Below are positions 43,401 to 58,400 of a stretch of DNA of 64,000 bases, piece by piece; the first letter of the stretch is position 1; each line of letters starts with the position of its first letter. Source of the DNA: an uncultured bacterium (GTDB lineage Bacteria; Chlamydiota; Chlamydiia; Chlamydiales; SM23-39); the NCBI GenBank assembly GCA_963716985.1, contig OY970323.1:2001280-2065279 (forward strand), read 5' to 3'. The position numbers and the translations under genes are program-made. A model generated the notes under the pieces. The model ran no database searches. It was not told the origin of the DNA and saw only the letters and a program-made list of their open reading frames with translations.

Positions 43401-46400
43401 GGCCCGCTATATCACCATCAACAGTATTATGAACGGTGATCGCGCCTGTGCCAGAACCTGAATTCAGCACCATGTTGCCGTCTATTGTCATCGCCCCATG
43501 AAAGTCGATCGAGGCATTACTTGTGGTCACCGATCCGCTGATTTGAACCGATCCAGATCCGCTCTGGTTAAAGGGTCCGCTGGAAACAATCGTCCCTGAG
43601 GCTGTGCTGGTAAAAGTACCGCTATTATTTACGCTGATCGGGCCAGCGCTCGAAGTCGTCCAATTAGCTCCTCGGATGATATTCGTTCCTGTCAGGTTGA
43701 TGCCGGTTGACGTATGGGTCGTTACATTGCCGTTAATCATTGTTGTGCCACTACCTGCGCTTTGCGTCAGGGACGCGGCATTGACCGTTTGCATCGTCAC
43801 ATTATGGGCTGTAGGAATCGTGATCGCGCCAATCGCAGTTGTGGCCCCAATGTTTTGATTAAATAAGATATCGCCGCCAGAAACTCCCGAACCGGAACTC
43901 ACAGATAGACTGCCCGGCCCCTGAATGGTACTGGAAAATGTGATATCGCTATGGCTGGAGCTGGAATCAAAACTGCCGCCTGCCAGAAGTGTAATAGGAC
44001 TGGTAAAGGAAATTGTTCCTGCGCCCACGCTAGTGGCTGTCGTCGTCAGAGATCCAGCGAAATTGACCGGACCTGTCCCGTTTTGCGTATAGGACCCATT
44101 CACTGAGACACTGTTGATTGCATAGTCGGTAACTAAACCTGAATTAGTTAGGACAAAATTTCCACCATTGGTAGTCGTTATCGAACCGTTCAAAACAAAA
44201 TTAGTGCCGACAAGAGTGATGCCGGCGGCCCCATTCGTATTGAGAACTCCATTCACAGTGGCTGTTCCGGACGACGCGGATCCTCCCAACGTTGTGCTCA
44301 TATTGACAGCGCTGGCGCTGACTGACTGGCCAGTAACGTTATGCGAGCTTCTGATGGTGATGGTTCCAAGGCGCGATGACAATCCGGCATCGGCTTCTAG
44401 ATTAATATCGCCGCCTCCTGCCAGGAAGGTGATGTTACCTGAACCGTTTACGGCACTTTGAAAAGTAATCGGTTGATTCGCTGCCGAGGTATCGAGTGTT
44501 GTAGTACCGGAAAGAATCGTGGAGCTCGAAATTAAAATCGGCTGACCTGCCGTAATCGATCCTGAAAGCGCTACAGACGGACTAGGGCCGGAGCCGGTTT
44601 GGGTAAATCCTCCGGAGATACTTCCCGATCCTGCAAAAGTCAAGGTTCCTGAATTGATGACGCTTAGAGGACCGTTGTTCAATGTTTCAACAAAATTATA
44701 GAAGGCGAAGTTATTCCCGGTTAACGAAATACCAAAGTCGGTTGGAACGACGAGCGCGCCCTCGAAAGCGGTCGTTCCAAAACCTGAAAATTGATATAAA
44801 GAGTCAACGATCATCGTCGCAGCCGGTTCCAGCGTCATATTTAAAGCAGCATCGATCACAAGGCTCGCGAGTCGATGTCCTACTCCCACGTTCTGTTTAA
44901 AATCGATCGAGCCGCTTCCAGAATTTAAAGTCAGACCAAAAGCATCATCGACAACTCCATCCACGGTTCCGGAAAATGTGATATCCGCCCCCACGACTCC
45001 ATATGTGGAAATTGTACTGTTTGCACTCAGAACAACCGCGCCCACGCCTATGCTTGGAAAAGAGAGCGCCGTATCCGTTGAAACGATGTTGCCGGCTGCA
45101 TAGAGCGTTCCCGTATAAGTGAAAGTAAATGCATCGGCAAATGCATTCCCCAAAGTGAGATTAGTTCCTGTGAAAGACGCTGATGCAAATTTTCCTGCCC
45201 CTGACGTGCCGAGATCTCCGATTTGAATCGATCCCACTCCTGCATCCAGCACCAGATGGCGATGATCTCCAGTGTGCGCATTAATGGGTCCTAGAGAAAT
45301 ATTCGCACCACTCGTATTCATCGTCAGGTCGGTTCCTGTCCCGAGTAACAGACCATTCACTCCGACAAAGGCGATCGCGTGCACATGAGATGAGAATGTC
45401 GTTAACGCGCCTGCATTCATATCAAAAGTATTGGCGGAAGTGATGGTATAGGTTTGCGTGTTTGCATTATAGATTGTCCCGGTGAAATTTATTCCGCCGC
45501 TTGCCGTGAGAGTGGTTGCCCCGCTCACTCCCACTGCGAGCGCCGTTCCAACATCTGCAATCGAGATCGTGCTTCCGCTCGCAGTGAGCGAGCCTACCCA
45601 TGTGGTGCCGGGAAACGAACCAGCTCCAACGGCCTGCGAGAAGGTAATGTCTCCTACCCCAGCAGTAAGTGTGACATTTTCCGTACCCGCATTTCCGTCC
45701 ACTGTGTTACTAAAGACGATATCGCCATTTCCACCCGAGCTATCTAAGGTACCATCTAAACCGAAAATAACGGGTCCCGTACAAGAGATCCCTTCATTCG
45801 CAGTAAGGGGTCCTCCAAGCACGACCGGACCCGGACCATTTTGAATAAAAGCGCCAGAAACAGTCGTAAGGGTGGGACCCGATCCAGAAATCAAACCCTG
45901 ATTCGTAACAGTGAATGATCCCCCATTTGTAGTTGTAATACTTGTTGCCAGAGAACCTACCGTGAAATTATTGCCAATTAGAGTGAGCCCCGCAGGAGCG
46001 CTGGTCGCCAAACTTCCTAAAACATAAGATGTTCCTGTGAGAGAAGAGGCCGATTGGGTAATCGAGTCAGCAGTAATCGCCTGGACAGTGACATCGTTCG
46101 CGTTTGTGATTGTAAAAGCTCCGAGAGGCGTTGTTCCTCCAAAATCTCCCAAAACAACGATATTACCGGTGCTGCCAGCATTCAAAGTGATTGGCTCATA
46201 GCCATCGACTGTGCTGGCCGCTGAAAACTGGATCGTCCCTCCCCCTATGCTCGAATCAATGCTGATAGGCGCTATCAATGTAATGGAACTGGTTCCTGTA
46301 AAATGAATATCCCCATGGCCTGCAGTCGCATTTGTGGTGACGATCGCACACCCCAACTGCACGCTTCCCGAACCATTTTGTGTAAAGATGTCACCCGAAG

Positions 46401-49400
46401 AAATAGTCTTGTCTGCAGTAGTAGTCAGTGTGCCGCTGTTGTTGATTGAAATGGGACCCGAGCCTGTCGTCGTAACATTCTGCAGAAAAGTGAATGCAGA
46501 GCCGGTTAAATGGATTCCGCCGCTTCCGCTGGTCGAGATGCTGCCATTGAACAAAGAAGTTCCTGTGAGAGAAGAGGCCGATTGTGTTAAGGAGGAGGCC
46601 GTCACTGCCTGCGTTGTCAAATTGCCTACCGTTGAAATGGTCAAACTGCCCAGAGAGTGGATGCTTCCTGCGGCTCCTGCAATCGTGATATCGTTTGTTC
46701 CGGAAGAAAGGGTCAAATTACCTGGCCCATCGACTGTGCTAAAAAGAGTAATGGGTTGATTGGCAGCGCTGGTACTCAAAGAGCCTGTGGCAGAGGTAGG
46801 CACGCATAACGCCCCATGCAATTGTATCGCTCCACCCGCTGTGATCGAGCTGGAGAGCTGCGTCGTTCCACCAGTGCCGGTTTGGGTGAATGATCCGGCA
46901 ATCGAGCCTGTCGCTCCTACAGCAAATATTGTTGGGCCAGAGTTATTAATGGTTACTGACCCAACTCCTGTTGTTGTAAAAGTATTGTTAAATGTAAAGG
47001 ATGTTCCAAGAAGAGAAATGCCCGAACCGTTTGTACGCAAAGCTCCATTAAAAGTAGTTGTGCCGATTCCACTATTTTGATTGATAAAAGCAGAATAAAT
47101 GCCCTGTGTCGACACAGTTTGGGCATTTGTAATCGTAAAACCGGTTAATAAAGTGCCCAGGGTTCCTACATCGCCGCTCAGTGTGATGGTTCCTCCGGGC
47201 GCTGATAAAGTCAGTGCATGGGCCCCCTGGATTGTGCTGTCGAATGTAATCACAGCACTCGTGCTGCTAGCGGGTCCGGCATTTAATGAGACATCGGCGG
47301 TCAACGTGGTCGCACCGGTAAAATGGATCTGGTTTTCCGTCGCATTAATCGAACCGCCAAGATGCACCGTTCCCCCGACTCCGCTCTGGGTATAGGCGCC
47401 TGCCGCATTTGTCGCCACGCCAATGCCGATGGTCAAAAGGCCTGTGTTGATAAATGTAACGGGACCCGCGGATCCTGCTGATGTCGTGATGGCGCCATTT
47501 TGATTGATCGCGCCGCCGCTGATTGAAATGCCCAGAGCTCCTGTTGTAGTCATTGGACCTGTAATCGTGGTCGTTCCGGTGCTGGCTGATTGCGCAATCG
47601 AATCGGCATTGACCAGAGGATAGGTGATATTTCTGACAGTCGTGATGGTCAGAGCTCCGAGCGGGGTTGTGCCGCCCAGATTGGCTCCAAAAATGACATC
47701 TCTGGCTCCACCCAAACCGAAAGAATAATGCCCATTCACTGTGCTGGAAAGCGTGATATCCAGATTGCTTGTTGAAAGCGCTGTGTTTCCTGCGAGAGTG
47801 ATGGCATTGGCGAAGGAGATGCCTTGAGCGGCTGCTAAAGCACCGGAAAGGGAAACAGCCCCTCCTCCGCTTTGGGTAAAGGCGTCTGAAATGGAAGTAA
47901 GGCCTCCCAAAGTGAGAGAAAGAGGCCCGCTATTCGTAATGGAAAAGGGTCCCAAACCTGTCGTTATCACCGTACTATTGATCGTAAAATTGGTTCCCGC
48001 GAGGCTGATTCCACCGGCTTGATTCGTCGTCATGTTGCCAGAAATAGTGGTGGTTCCCGACCCAGCGCTTTGCGTAATCGAAGAAGCGACGATCACACCA
48101 GCTGTCACGTTGCCAGCTTGGGTAATGGCGAGAGCTCCGATGGGAAAAGAAATCGTTCCAACCGCACCTGAGAATGTGATGTTTCCTGTGCCCGGATTCA
48201 GAGACAGATCATGGGCTCCCGCATTGTCATTGGTCAAGTCCGCGCTGAAAAGGATATTCTGATTGGTTGTATGAGTGTCGAAACTGGTTGTTCCAATCAG
48301 TTCGACGCCTTGCGCAAATGAGATCGCCCCCACCGGAGAAAACGTTCCGGCGATTTGGGTAGAGCCCGCTCCCGTTTGCGTGAGAGATCCTCCAATCGAA
48401 TAAGCGGCATTATGAAAAGTAAGGAGTCCGGAATTATGCACAAGCAATGATCCGCTGGTGGTGACAGCATTATTAAATGTAAACGCCGAGCCGGTCAGAT
48501 TGATTCCTGAACCTCCGTTGACTGTCAATGCATTGAAGCTAGCGGCTCCGGCCAATTGGGTGATCGTCTGTGCATAAATGGGAGCCGAAGCGGTGACGTC
48601 ACCGCTCACAATCTGAATCCCCGTCAAAGGAGTTCCCACGGTGCCGACAGCTCCGCCAAAAGAGATGTTCGAGCTGCCAGCTGTGATAGACAGATTATGC
48701 GCACCTTGAATGGTACTTGCAAAAGAGACATCTCCACCGGTCGACACCGCTGAATCGAACGAAATATCACCGTCTAAAGTAACCGGGCCAGTAAATTCGA
48801 TCGCAGCGTTATTTGTGATCACGGTTCCGCCGATTTGGACACTTCCTGCGCCTGTTTGCTGAAAAGCTCCGGAGATATTAAATCCGCTGCCCGCTGCGAT
48901 CGTAAGCACACCGGAGTTATCAAGAACGAATGGACCATTGTTACCTGTTGAAAAAGCGCCCGATAAATTGATCGTAGGCGTTGTGATGCTGACCCCGCCC
49001 AAGGCTGTAGACGTAAGGCCAGACGCAAAGGCAGTGGTGCCTACTCCATTGGTGACTGCGAACGAGCCGACATCCATCGTGCTTGCCACAGTTACATCGG
49101 TTGGCGCATTGATGCTCAGAGAGGCAAGAGGAGCAATCGAGCCCACGGGAGCGTTAAAGACGACCGATCCATTGCACGGATCAAAATCGAATGACAGAGT
49201 ATCGACGCCAGCGGTATTCGCATCGACTGTACGGTTGAAGGTGACTGTTCCGCCGGCGCCGCAAGTAAAGGTGACAGCTCCACTGATGGCTACCGGTGTA
49301 GTATACGTTTGGCCGCTGATGGAATAATTACCAGAAAGAGTGACTGACGCTGTTGTTTGGACAGTGAAGGAACCGCTGGCATAGACGTTTGTGCCCGGAT

Positions 49401-52400
49401 TTGGAAAGTTAACTGGATAAGGATGAAACTGGGCATTTGATCCAGCTGTGAGGGACACATTATTTAAAAACGAACTATTCGACCCAAGTTGCGTAAAATA
49501 ATAATCGCCTACATCCGCATCGACCGTAAAATTTTTCCCCGTACCCAGAAGATTGGTCATCCTAATGGTGCCGCCGTTACTATCGATCGTAAGATCGTTG
49601 CTCAGATGAATCGTTCCGGTTGTGAAAGTAATGTTTCGTATATTGGAAGAGACGGTTGTGGCCGATCCGTTATTAAAATTAAAATTTCCTCCGGCTGAAT
49701 AGTTTTGCGTGCCGTTATTATAAGAAGTTCCCGTAAAGTTGATGTCCGTTGTCGCGGTCAGAGAAGCCGTGCCCGTCGCTCCCAGTCCAAGATTACCCGT
49801 TGAAATGTTATTGGCGCTGAACGTGAGATTATGGAAAGAAGTACTCGCGCCAACGCCTTGAAGAGTAATATTGCCTGTAGCTGTTTGTATGGTAAAATCG
49901 CGGCCCGCGACATCTCCATCCGTGCTGCCAGTAATCGAGATATTGCCAGATCCTCCACTTGTCGATAAAGCGAGCGCGGCTCCGACAATTACATTGCCCG
50001 TTAACGTAATATCGCTGGCATTGGTGGTGATATTTCCATTGAGGTGAATCGTTGTTGCAGTGTCGGCCACAGCACCGGTTGCGGATAGAGAATAATTTTG
50101 AAAGATCGTGCCGGCGCTGGAGATGGTCAAAAATCCCAGAGGAGACGAACCTCCGACAATCCCGTTAAAAGTCACATTTCCAGTAGACGCAGCAATAGTA
50201 AGAGAGGCGGGTCCGTTCACTGTGCTTGAGAATATGACATTACCACCATGACTCGTGAAAGTTGAAGGAAGCAAAACACTAATTGCGCTGGCATGGGAAA
50301 TATTGGCATGATTCGTCTCGATTGTTCCGCCAACATTGACCGGACCTGTCCCATTTTGAATAAAAGCGCCATCCAAAGTCACCGTGCTGGCTCCTGTTCC
50401 AGTGAGAAGGCCGCTATTGGTGATCGTCAGAGAACCATTGCTGCCGCTTTCTGTTGTGACAGTGCCGCTGCTTACAAAATTATGACCAATCAGGGTAATT
50501 CCGCCTATCGTGTTAGTGTACAAATTGCCATATAGAGTCGAAGTCCCCGACCCATTTTGTTGTGTAATTGAAGAAGCATAGATAGCTTGAATGGATGCAT
50601 CGTGAACATTTGTAATAGTACAGATGCCGAGAGGAGCTAAAAGCGTCCCAAGGTTACCAGATAACGTCAGATCTCCTGCTCCTACTGTAAGTGTGAGAGC
50701 ATAAGCACCGCCTACCGCGCTCGATAGCGTTAAGTCTCCGCCCCCCGAATTGAGGATTACTCCGTTTGTCAGTGTGATGGGTGAAGCAATTTCAAGTGAA
50801 GGAATTCCAATGGTTCCTGAAGCTGTAATATTAGATCCAAGAGAAACACTTCCTGCTCCTGTCTGAGAAAAAGTGGTGCTGGAAGTGATGGGTGCGGATG
50901 AAGCGATGGTTAATGTTCCGCTATTTGTGATGCCAATGGCGCCGCTGGTGGCGCTGACAGCGTGATTAAAGTTGATAGCCGCTCCATTGATACTGATCGC
51001 ACTTGCACTGAGAGTTCCATTAAAAGTCGAAGGCCCTGTCGCTGAAGTAATCGTAAATGGACCCGAAATTGAGGCGTTTGCACCGACAAGTATAGTCGCA
51101 GCGCTGTGTATTGTCAGGCTTGTTAAAGGCGCCGTATGACCCATCGTGCTATTCAAAGTCACGTTGCCCAGACCCGCCGTCACATCGAGGGTCATCGATC
51201 CATCAACCGCGCCGTTTAAAACAATATTGTTATCGCCGACTCCAGCATGAGAATCCAGGGAAACGGCCGCCGTAAGCGTGATCGCTGATGCAAAGGTCAT
51301 CGCATCAGTCAAGAGCTGCGCGTTGGTCGTTGTGATCGAACCGCCCAGAGAAACGCTTCCCGCGCCACTTTGCGTAATGGCGCCATTGATAGAAAAGACA
51401 GAGCCATTGGCAATGGTTAAAAGCCCGGTGTTCGTAAGGCTCACCGCTCCACCGCCGGTGGTCGCCACATTGTTATTGAAAGTGATGGCATTTCCAGTGA
51501 GAGCAATTCCCGAAGACGCCGACGTCGCCACAGCTCCGCTAAATGCCGCCGTTCCTGTGAACGGAGTTCCGGCCGCAATCGAACCCACAGTGATGCTGCT
51601 TGAAGCAGTGATATTATGCGCGCTTTGGAAAGTCAGCACGTTTAAAGGCGTAGATCCACCAACAGCCTGCGAGAAGGTAATGTTTCCTCCCCCAGCAGTA
51701 AGTGTGACATTTTCCGTCCCCGCATATCCGTCCACTGTGTTACTAAAGACGATATCGCCATTTCCACCCGAGCTATCTAAGGTACTATCTAAACCGAAAA
51801 TAACGGGTCCCGTACAAGAGATCCCTTCATTCGCAGTAAGGGGTCCTCCAAGCACGACCGGACCCGGACCATTTTGAATAAAGGCGCCAGAAACAGTCGT
51901 AAGGGTGGGACCCGATCCAGAAATCAAACCCTGATTCGTAACAGTGAATGATCCCCCATTTGTAGTTGTAATACTTGTTGCCAGAGGACCTACCGTGAAA
52001 TTATTGCCAATTAGAGTGAGCCCCGCAGGAGCGCTGGTCGCCAAACTTCCTAAAACATAAGATGTTCCTGTGAGAGAAGAGGCCGATTGGGTAATCGAGT
52101 CAGCAGTAATCGCCTGGACAGTGACATCGTTCGCGTTTGTGATTGTAAAAGCTCCGAGAGGCGTTGTTCCTCCAAAATCTCCTAAAACAACGATATTACC
52201 GGTGCTGCCAGCATTCAAAGTGATTGGCTCATAGCCATCGACTGTGCTGGCCGCTGAAAACTGGATCGTCCCTCCCCCTATGCTCGAGTCAATGCTGATA
52301 GGCGCTATCAATGTAATGGAACTGGTTCCTGTAAAATGAATATCCCCATGACCTGCAGTCGCATTTGTGGTGACGATCGAACACCCCAACTGCACGCTTC

Positions 52401-55400
52401 CCGAACCATTTTGTGTAAAGATGTCACCCGAAGAGATGGTCTTGCCTGCAGTAGTAGTCAGTGTGCCGCTGTTGTTGATTGAAATGGGACCCGAGCCTGT
52501 CGTCGTAACATTCTGCAGGAAAGTGAATGCAGAGCCGGTTAAATGGATTCCGCCGCTTCCGCTGGTCGAGATGCTGCCATTGAACAAAGAAGTTCCTGTG
52601 AGAGAAGAGGCCGATTGTGTTAAGGAGGAGGCCGTCACTGCCTGCGTTGTCAAATTGCCTACCGTTGAAATGGTCAAACTACCCAGAGAGTGGATGCTTC
52701 CTACGGCTCCTGCAATCGTGATATCGTTTGTTCCGGAAGAGAGGGTGAGACTGCCGGACAAATTTCCCGGCCCATCGATCGTATTGGCAAACGTAATATT
52801 TCGATTAGCGGCGCTAGTGTCTATAGATCCAATTCCCGAAACAACAACAGGTTCTTCGAATTGGACCGCTCCACCGGCTGTGATCGAACTGGAAAGGAGA
52901 GTACTTCCTGTTCCCATCTCTGTCAAAGCGCCGGATATATTCCCTGTAGCGGCTGAAATATAGGTAACGAGGCCGCTGTTCATGATAGTGAGCGGGCCTG
53001 CGGAAGCAATTGGATTATCAAAGGTAAAGGCGGTGCCTGTCAGAGAAATTCCAGAGCCTCCTGTTGCGTATAAAGCGCCGTTAAAAGTCGTTGCGCCTGT
53101 AACTGCGGTTGCTGTGGATTGGGTGATAAAAGTTGAATAAATAACCTGCGTCGAGACGAGGTTGGCGCTGGCAAAGGTCAAGCCAGCTAACGGAGTGCCG
53201 ACCGTACCCACTTGATTTTCTAATGTAATATTTCCCGCTCCGCTACTAAGGGTAAGGGCAAATGCACCCTGTACCGTTTGCTTCAAATCGATGTTCCCGG
53301 TGCCGGTTCCTGAATTAATCTGGGTCGAGCCGTATAATGTGATTGGACGATTAAAAGTAATGTTCGCGTTCGTTGTGGCAACGGATCCTGCAAGAGAAAC
53401 GGAGCCTGCTCCGTTTTGAAGCAACGCTCCGCCCAAAGAAATGTTACCCGCCGACGTGCTGATGAAGGTCCCGCCATTGGTAATGGTCAGAGAACCTGCT
53501 GTCGTAGTGATCGCTGCATCGCGTTCGATATCGCCAGTCGTAGTAATCGCGATGGCTCCCGATGTAGCAATCGCTCCCTTAAACCAGGTCTTTCCCGTAC
53601 TTGTTGTTTGAGTAATCGATGCGGCTTGAATACTTTGAGTCGTTAGACCATTTGCCCCGCTGATGCTCAGAGCGCCGATTGGAATTCCTGAGCCCACAGG
53701 CTGATCGAAAGTAACCGCGCCTCCGCCAGATTTCAATGTCAAGCTGTAGGCTCCATCAACAGTATTGAGCATGGTAATCGACCCCGTGCCCGCACTCACA
53801 TCAATGGTTGTGGGAGAGGCAATACTGACTGGCCCGGTAATCAGTACATTGCCGCCTACGGTGATAAGGTTGGACAAAAATAAAGGCCCTGTTCCGATTT
53901 GAGAAAGATTTCCAGAGCAGGTCACAACAATACCGCCCACCATGGCAGTGCTTGTTCCAGAATTATTATAGGTTATATTACCGCCGTTGGTCGTCGTCAC
54001 ATTGCCATTGCTGATGAAGTTATTCCCAGTGATATTGATTCCTCCGGCACCAACCAAAGCATTGCCATTGAGGATGAGCGTTCCTGTTCCTCCAGTAAGC
54101 GTTGCCGAATAAGCTGTGATCGCTTGCACCGTAATGTTTTGAGCAAAGACGATTAAAACATTGCCAAGCGCGCTGATCGATCCAATATCCTTGTCAACAT
54201 AGATGTTGCCTCCCGTGCCGGCATTCAGGGTCATATCGAATGGCCCGCCCACGCCACTATCAATGGTGCCGATAAAATGAATCTGTTTTGAAGCGGCTGC
54301 AGTGCTAATCGAAATGGCATGCGTCAAGGTCACAGCGCTCGTGAAGAGAACTTCATCACCGGATGTGATCGTATTTCCCATCAACACGGAGCCGGATCCA
54401 GTTTGCGAGAAGGGGCCGCTTAAGGTGAAGGTGCTCCCGGCTGGCATCGTGAGATTGCCGCTGTTGGCAACCTGAACTCCTCCGCCCGTTGTTGTTGTGA
54501 CTGTATTATTAAAGGTAAAGGCGCTTCCAGTTAGCGTAATCCCCGAAACATTCGAGGTATTGATAGCTCCATTAAACGTCGTTGTTCCCGTGCCGCTATT
54601 TTGAGACAGCGCTCCGACAGTAATCGCATGCGCCGTAACAATGTTTGCTGAGGAAATCGCCAAAGAGGCCAGCGGATTCGTTCCTCCGATGGCTCCGGTC
54701 AGCGTGATGCTCCCGCTTCCGGCAGCCAGAATCAGATTGCGCGTCAGCGAGGCATCGCCGTCGATCGTACTCGAAAAAATGATATTGGCCCCGGTTGCGC
54801 CAGTAGATATCGTCGCTGTCGGGATGTTGTTTACGACGACCGGGACGGGAAAGGTCAAAGAGGTATTGACTGTAGTCATGCTGCCTCCCAGGAAGATCTG
54901 GACGGAAGGAGAGAGTGTGAACGCATTGGAATAGAGATTGCCGGTAATCGTTAGAGTTCCACAAGTAAAGGAAACCGAAGAAAATTCCCCGTTATTGGAA
55001 GAGCCGATCTGACCCACTTGAATCGGCCCAGCAACCGCATTTAACGTCAATGTCCGTAAATTATTGGCCACCGCATGAACGGCTCCGAGAGTAATGGCCC
55101 CTCCCGCAGAGTTGATCGTAAGGTTTGTGCTGCTACTCAGTTCAATAGTAGTGGGAGAGACTGCAAACGTAATGGGATTGCCATTCGTGATAACCGTAGT
55201 CAAAGCCCCCGCTTTGAAATTGGCTGTAGCGCCGCTAATAGTTGTGCTGTTGAAATTGTAGTTTGTTCCATTGAAGTTGAGATTCGTCGTTGCCGGGAGA
55301 CTCGCGGCCCCCGTTACTCCTGCAGAACCCCCTGTACCTACATTTCCGAGAGAAATATTATTTGCACTCGTTACAGTCAGAGAGGAAAGAGGAGCAATGG

Positions 55401-58400
55401 TTCCTATGGCTCCATTCACAGAGACATCGCCGCCGCCGGCTGTCATTGAAATTGTTTGTGTGCCATCCAGAGTGCTGGAAAAAGTGATATTTCCATTATC
55501 TAAAGACGAGTCGAGAACGGTGGCTCCATTTAACGTCGCCGCGGATGCAAATGCAATCGCACCATGAGCCGTAGTAATATTCGCTCCGAGAAAAACAGCT
55601 CCGCTGTTCGTTTGGGAAAAGTTTCCATCGATCGTGAAGGTCACCCCCGGGCCGAATGTCGCCAAGCTGCTATTATTGATATTGAAGGCGCCCGTCCCCG
55701 TCGTTGTCACAGAATGGGGAAATTGAAAACTTGTGCCTGTAAGAGTGATGCCGCCCGCAGTTGTCGTTGAAAGGACTCCATTAAAAATCGAAGTTCCGCT
55801 CCCGGCTGTTTGCGTGATGCTCCCTGCAGAAATGGCCCCTGTAGTGATGTTATGCGCGCTTGTAAACGTAACTCCTGTCAACGGGGCAGCCCCGATGTTA
55901 TTTGTTGTAATATCTCCCGTTCCAGCTGAGAGGGTCAAAGCATAAGCGCCTGTGACGGTGGTTAAAGAAATATCTCCTGCACTGGACCCACTATTTAATA
56001 CCGTGTCGCCGGTTAAAGTGATCGGGCTTGTAAACTGGATCAACTGATTGATTGTCGTGATCGTTCCCAAGAGGTTGACCGAGCCGGCGGCTCCATTTTG
56101 CTCGAAAGCACCCGAGACAGAGGTGGTGATTGGCGAGACCAGAGTAACCGTGCCGCTATTTAATACGGTAAAACCTCCGCCGCTTGTCGTAATGATCGAT
56201 CCATTGATAGAAAGGTTTGTCAATGCAAGATTGATACCCGACGCGCCATTTGTATTCAGCGCTCCCAAAGTGGTGGTTCCGGTGCCTGCCACTTGCTGAA
56301 TGCGGGCAGCCGTGATCGCTTGTGTGGAGATGTTGAGGGCGCTACTGAAGATTAAATTGCCAAGGCGCGCCACACTGCCGGCAATGTCTCCGATCGTAAT
56401 ATTACCGCCACCCGCCGCGAGAGTAAGATTATTCGCTCCATCCAACGTACTGGAAAGCACGATAGAGTGCGAAGCGGCTGCGGTACTCAATGTTGCGGTT
56501 CCTCCTAATGTAATAGCTCCCGCGATCGAAATTCCCGTGCCTGCAATCGCTCCGCTAGCTGTAATCTGTCCGGCAAGAGAAACAGCTCCTCCGGTCTGGG
56601 AAACTGCCCCTCCGATGTTATAAGTCTTTGAAGGAGCAAACGATAGAGCACCTGAAACAGCCAGAGGGCCGCTGCCTGTCGTCGTTGTCGCATTGCCGCT
56701 AAAGGCAAACGCCGTACCCGTAAGACTAATTCCTCCCACTGTATGGGTGGTAATATCTCCGCTAAATGTGGTTGTTGCGCCGCCAACAAGCTGTGTAATC
56801 GAAGACGCAGTAATGGCTTGTGTAGATACGGTACCAGCTTGATTGATCGATAGATCCGAAAGAGGCGTTGTGTCACCGATATCCCCGACTAAATTGATAT
56901 TGCCGGTGCTGCCAGTGGATAATATGAGCGTTTGGGTATATGGAGCTGTTCCATCGATGGTACTGTGAAAAGTGATCGCACCGGTTCCGGTACCTGCATT
57001 AAACGTCGCTGCGCCAGCTAACGTGATCGGATTAGTAAAATAGATGGCCGCATTCGCAGTTAGAATCGTCCCTGAAAAGCTGACGGCGCCGCCGCCCGAT
57101 TGAGTGAATGCTCCGGCAAGAGAGGTCGAGCTGCCTGCGACGAGCGTCAATAGTGCGGAATTGGTGATGGTAAATGGACCGCCTGTTGTCGTAATTAAAT
57201 TTCCATTGATCGAAAAACTAGTCCCCCAGAGGTTCACTCCACCGGCTGCATTAGTATTGATATCGCCGGAATAAGTAGATGCTCCTGTCGCTGCCACTGT
57301 CTGATTGATCGATGCCGCCCTGACTCCTAAAGCATTCACAGCTGCCACACTATTGATCGTCAGAGCGCCGAGGCGCGTGAGGCTGCCCACTGCCATGTCG
57401 AACGAGATACTTCCCGTGCCCGCAGTCAAAGAAAGATCGCCGGGTCCATCGAGCGTATTCACGAAAATAATGTTGGCTCCTGTTCCTGTGCTTAAAGCCG
57501 TAGCGCCTGTCAGCGCCACCGCGCTTCCAAATTGAATCGACTGGCCGGTCGTGGTAATCGATCCGGCCGATTGCACAGCTCCCGCTCCACTTTCGGTAAA
57601 AGCGCCCGTCAACGTGAATGCCGCGGAAGAAGTAAGAATGAGGGTGCCGCCGACAGAAACGCTGACTATGCCCCCGCTTGTCGTATTGACCGTACTATTA
57701 AAAGTGGTGTTTGTATTGGTAATTGAAAGTCCGGCAGCCGTATTAATATCCACGGCGCCATTAAAGCTTGTGATACCCGTTCCGGCTAACTGGCTAAATG
57801 CCCCAAGCGTGAGAGCATTCGCTGTGAAATTATTTGCCGTGTTAACGGTCATCGTCCCAAGCCGCTTTGTGCCTCCGACAGCGCCCGAAAAACTGATATT
57901 TCCAAGATCAGCGCTCAAGGAAAGGTTTTGCCCGCCGGCGCCGGTTCCATTGACAGTACTCGAGAAAGTAATATTTCCCGTATCAGGTCCTGAGCTGAGA
58001 GCGATCGACGCGCTTAAAGCAACTGGTCCAAACATCTGAATGTTACCACCGCCCGTGGTGATATTGCCGTCGAGGTCAATCAGCGTCGAGCCCGAATAGA
58101 TCACTGCGCCGAATGTTGCAACAGACGAACTCTGCGAAATGTTTGCTCCCGTTGCACTGAGAGACGCCAAGGATTCGTTCGAACCAACGGCTCCCGTGAA
58201 TGTAATGGTTCCAGTTCCTGCCGTTAGAATCAGCGAGCGGGTATTCGCTATATCGCCGTCGAGCGTACTTAAAAAAGAAATGCTTGCGCCCGGAGATCCG
58301 GTTGAAATTGTGACGTTATTCGTTAGGATGACCGGCAAAGAAAATGTGATCGCCGTATTATTCGTTGTAATGTTTCCATTGATATAGATCGTAGTGGAAC

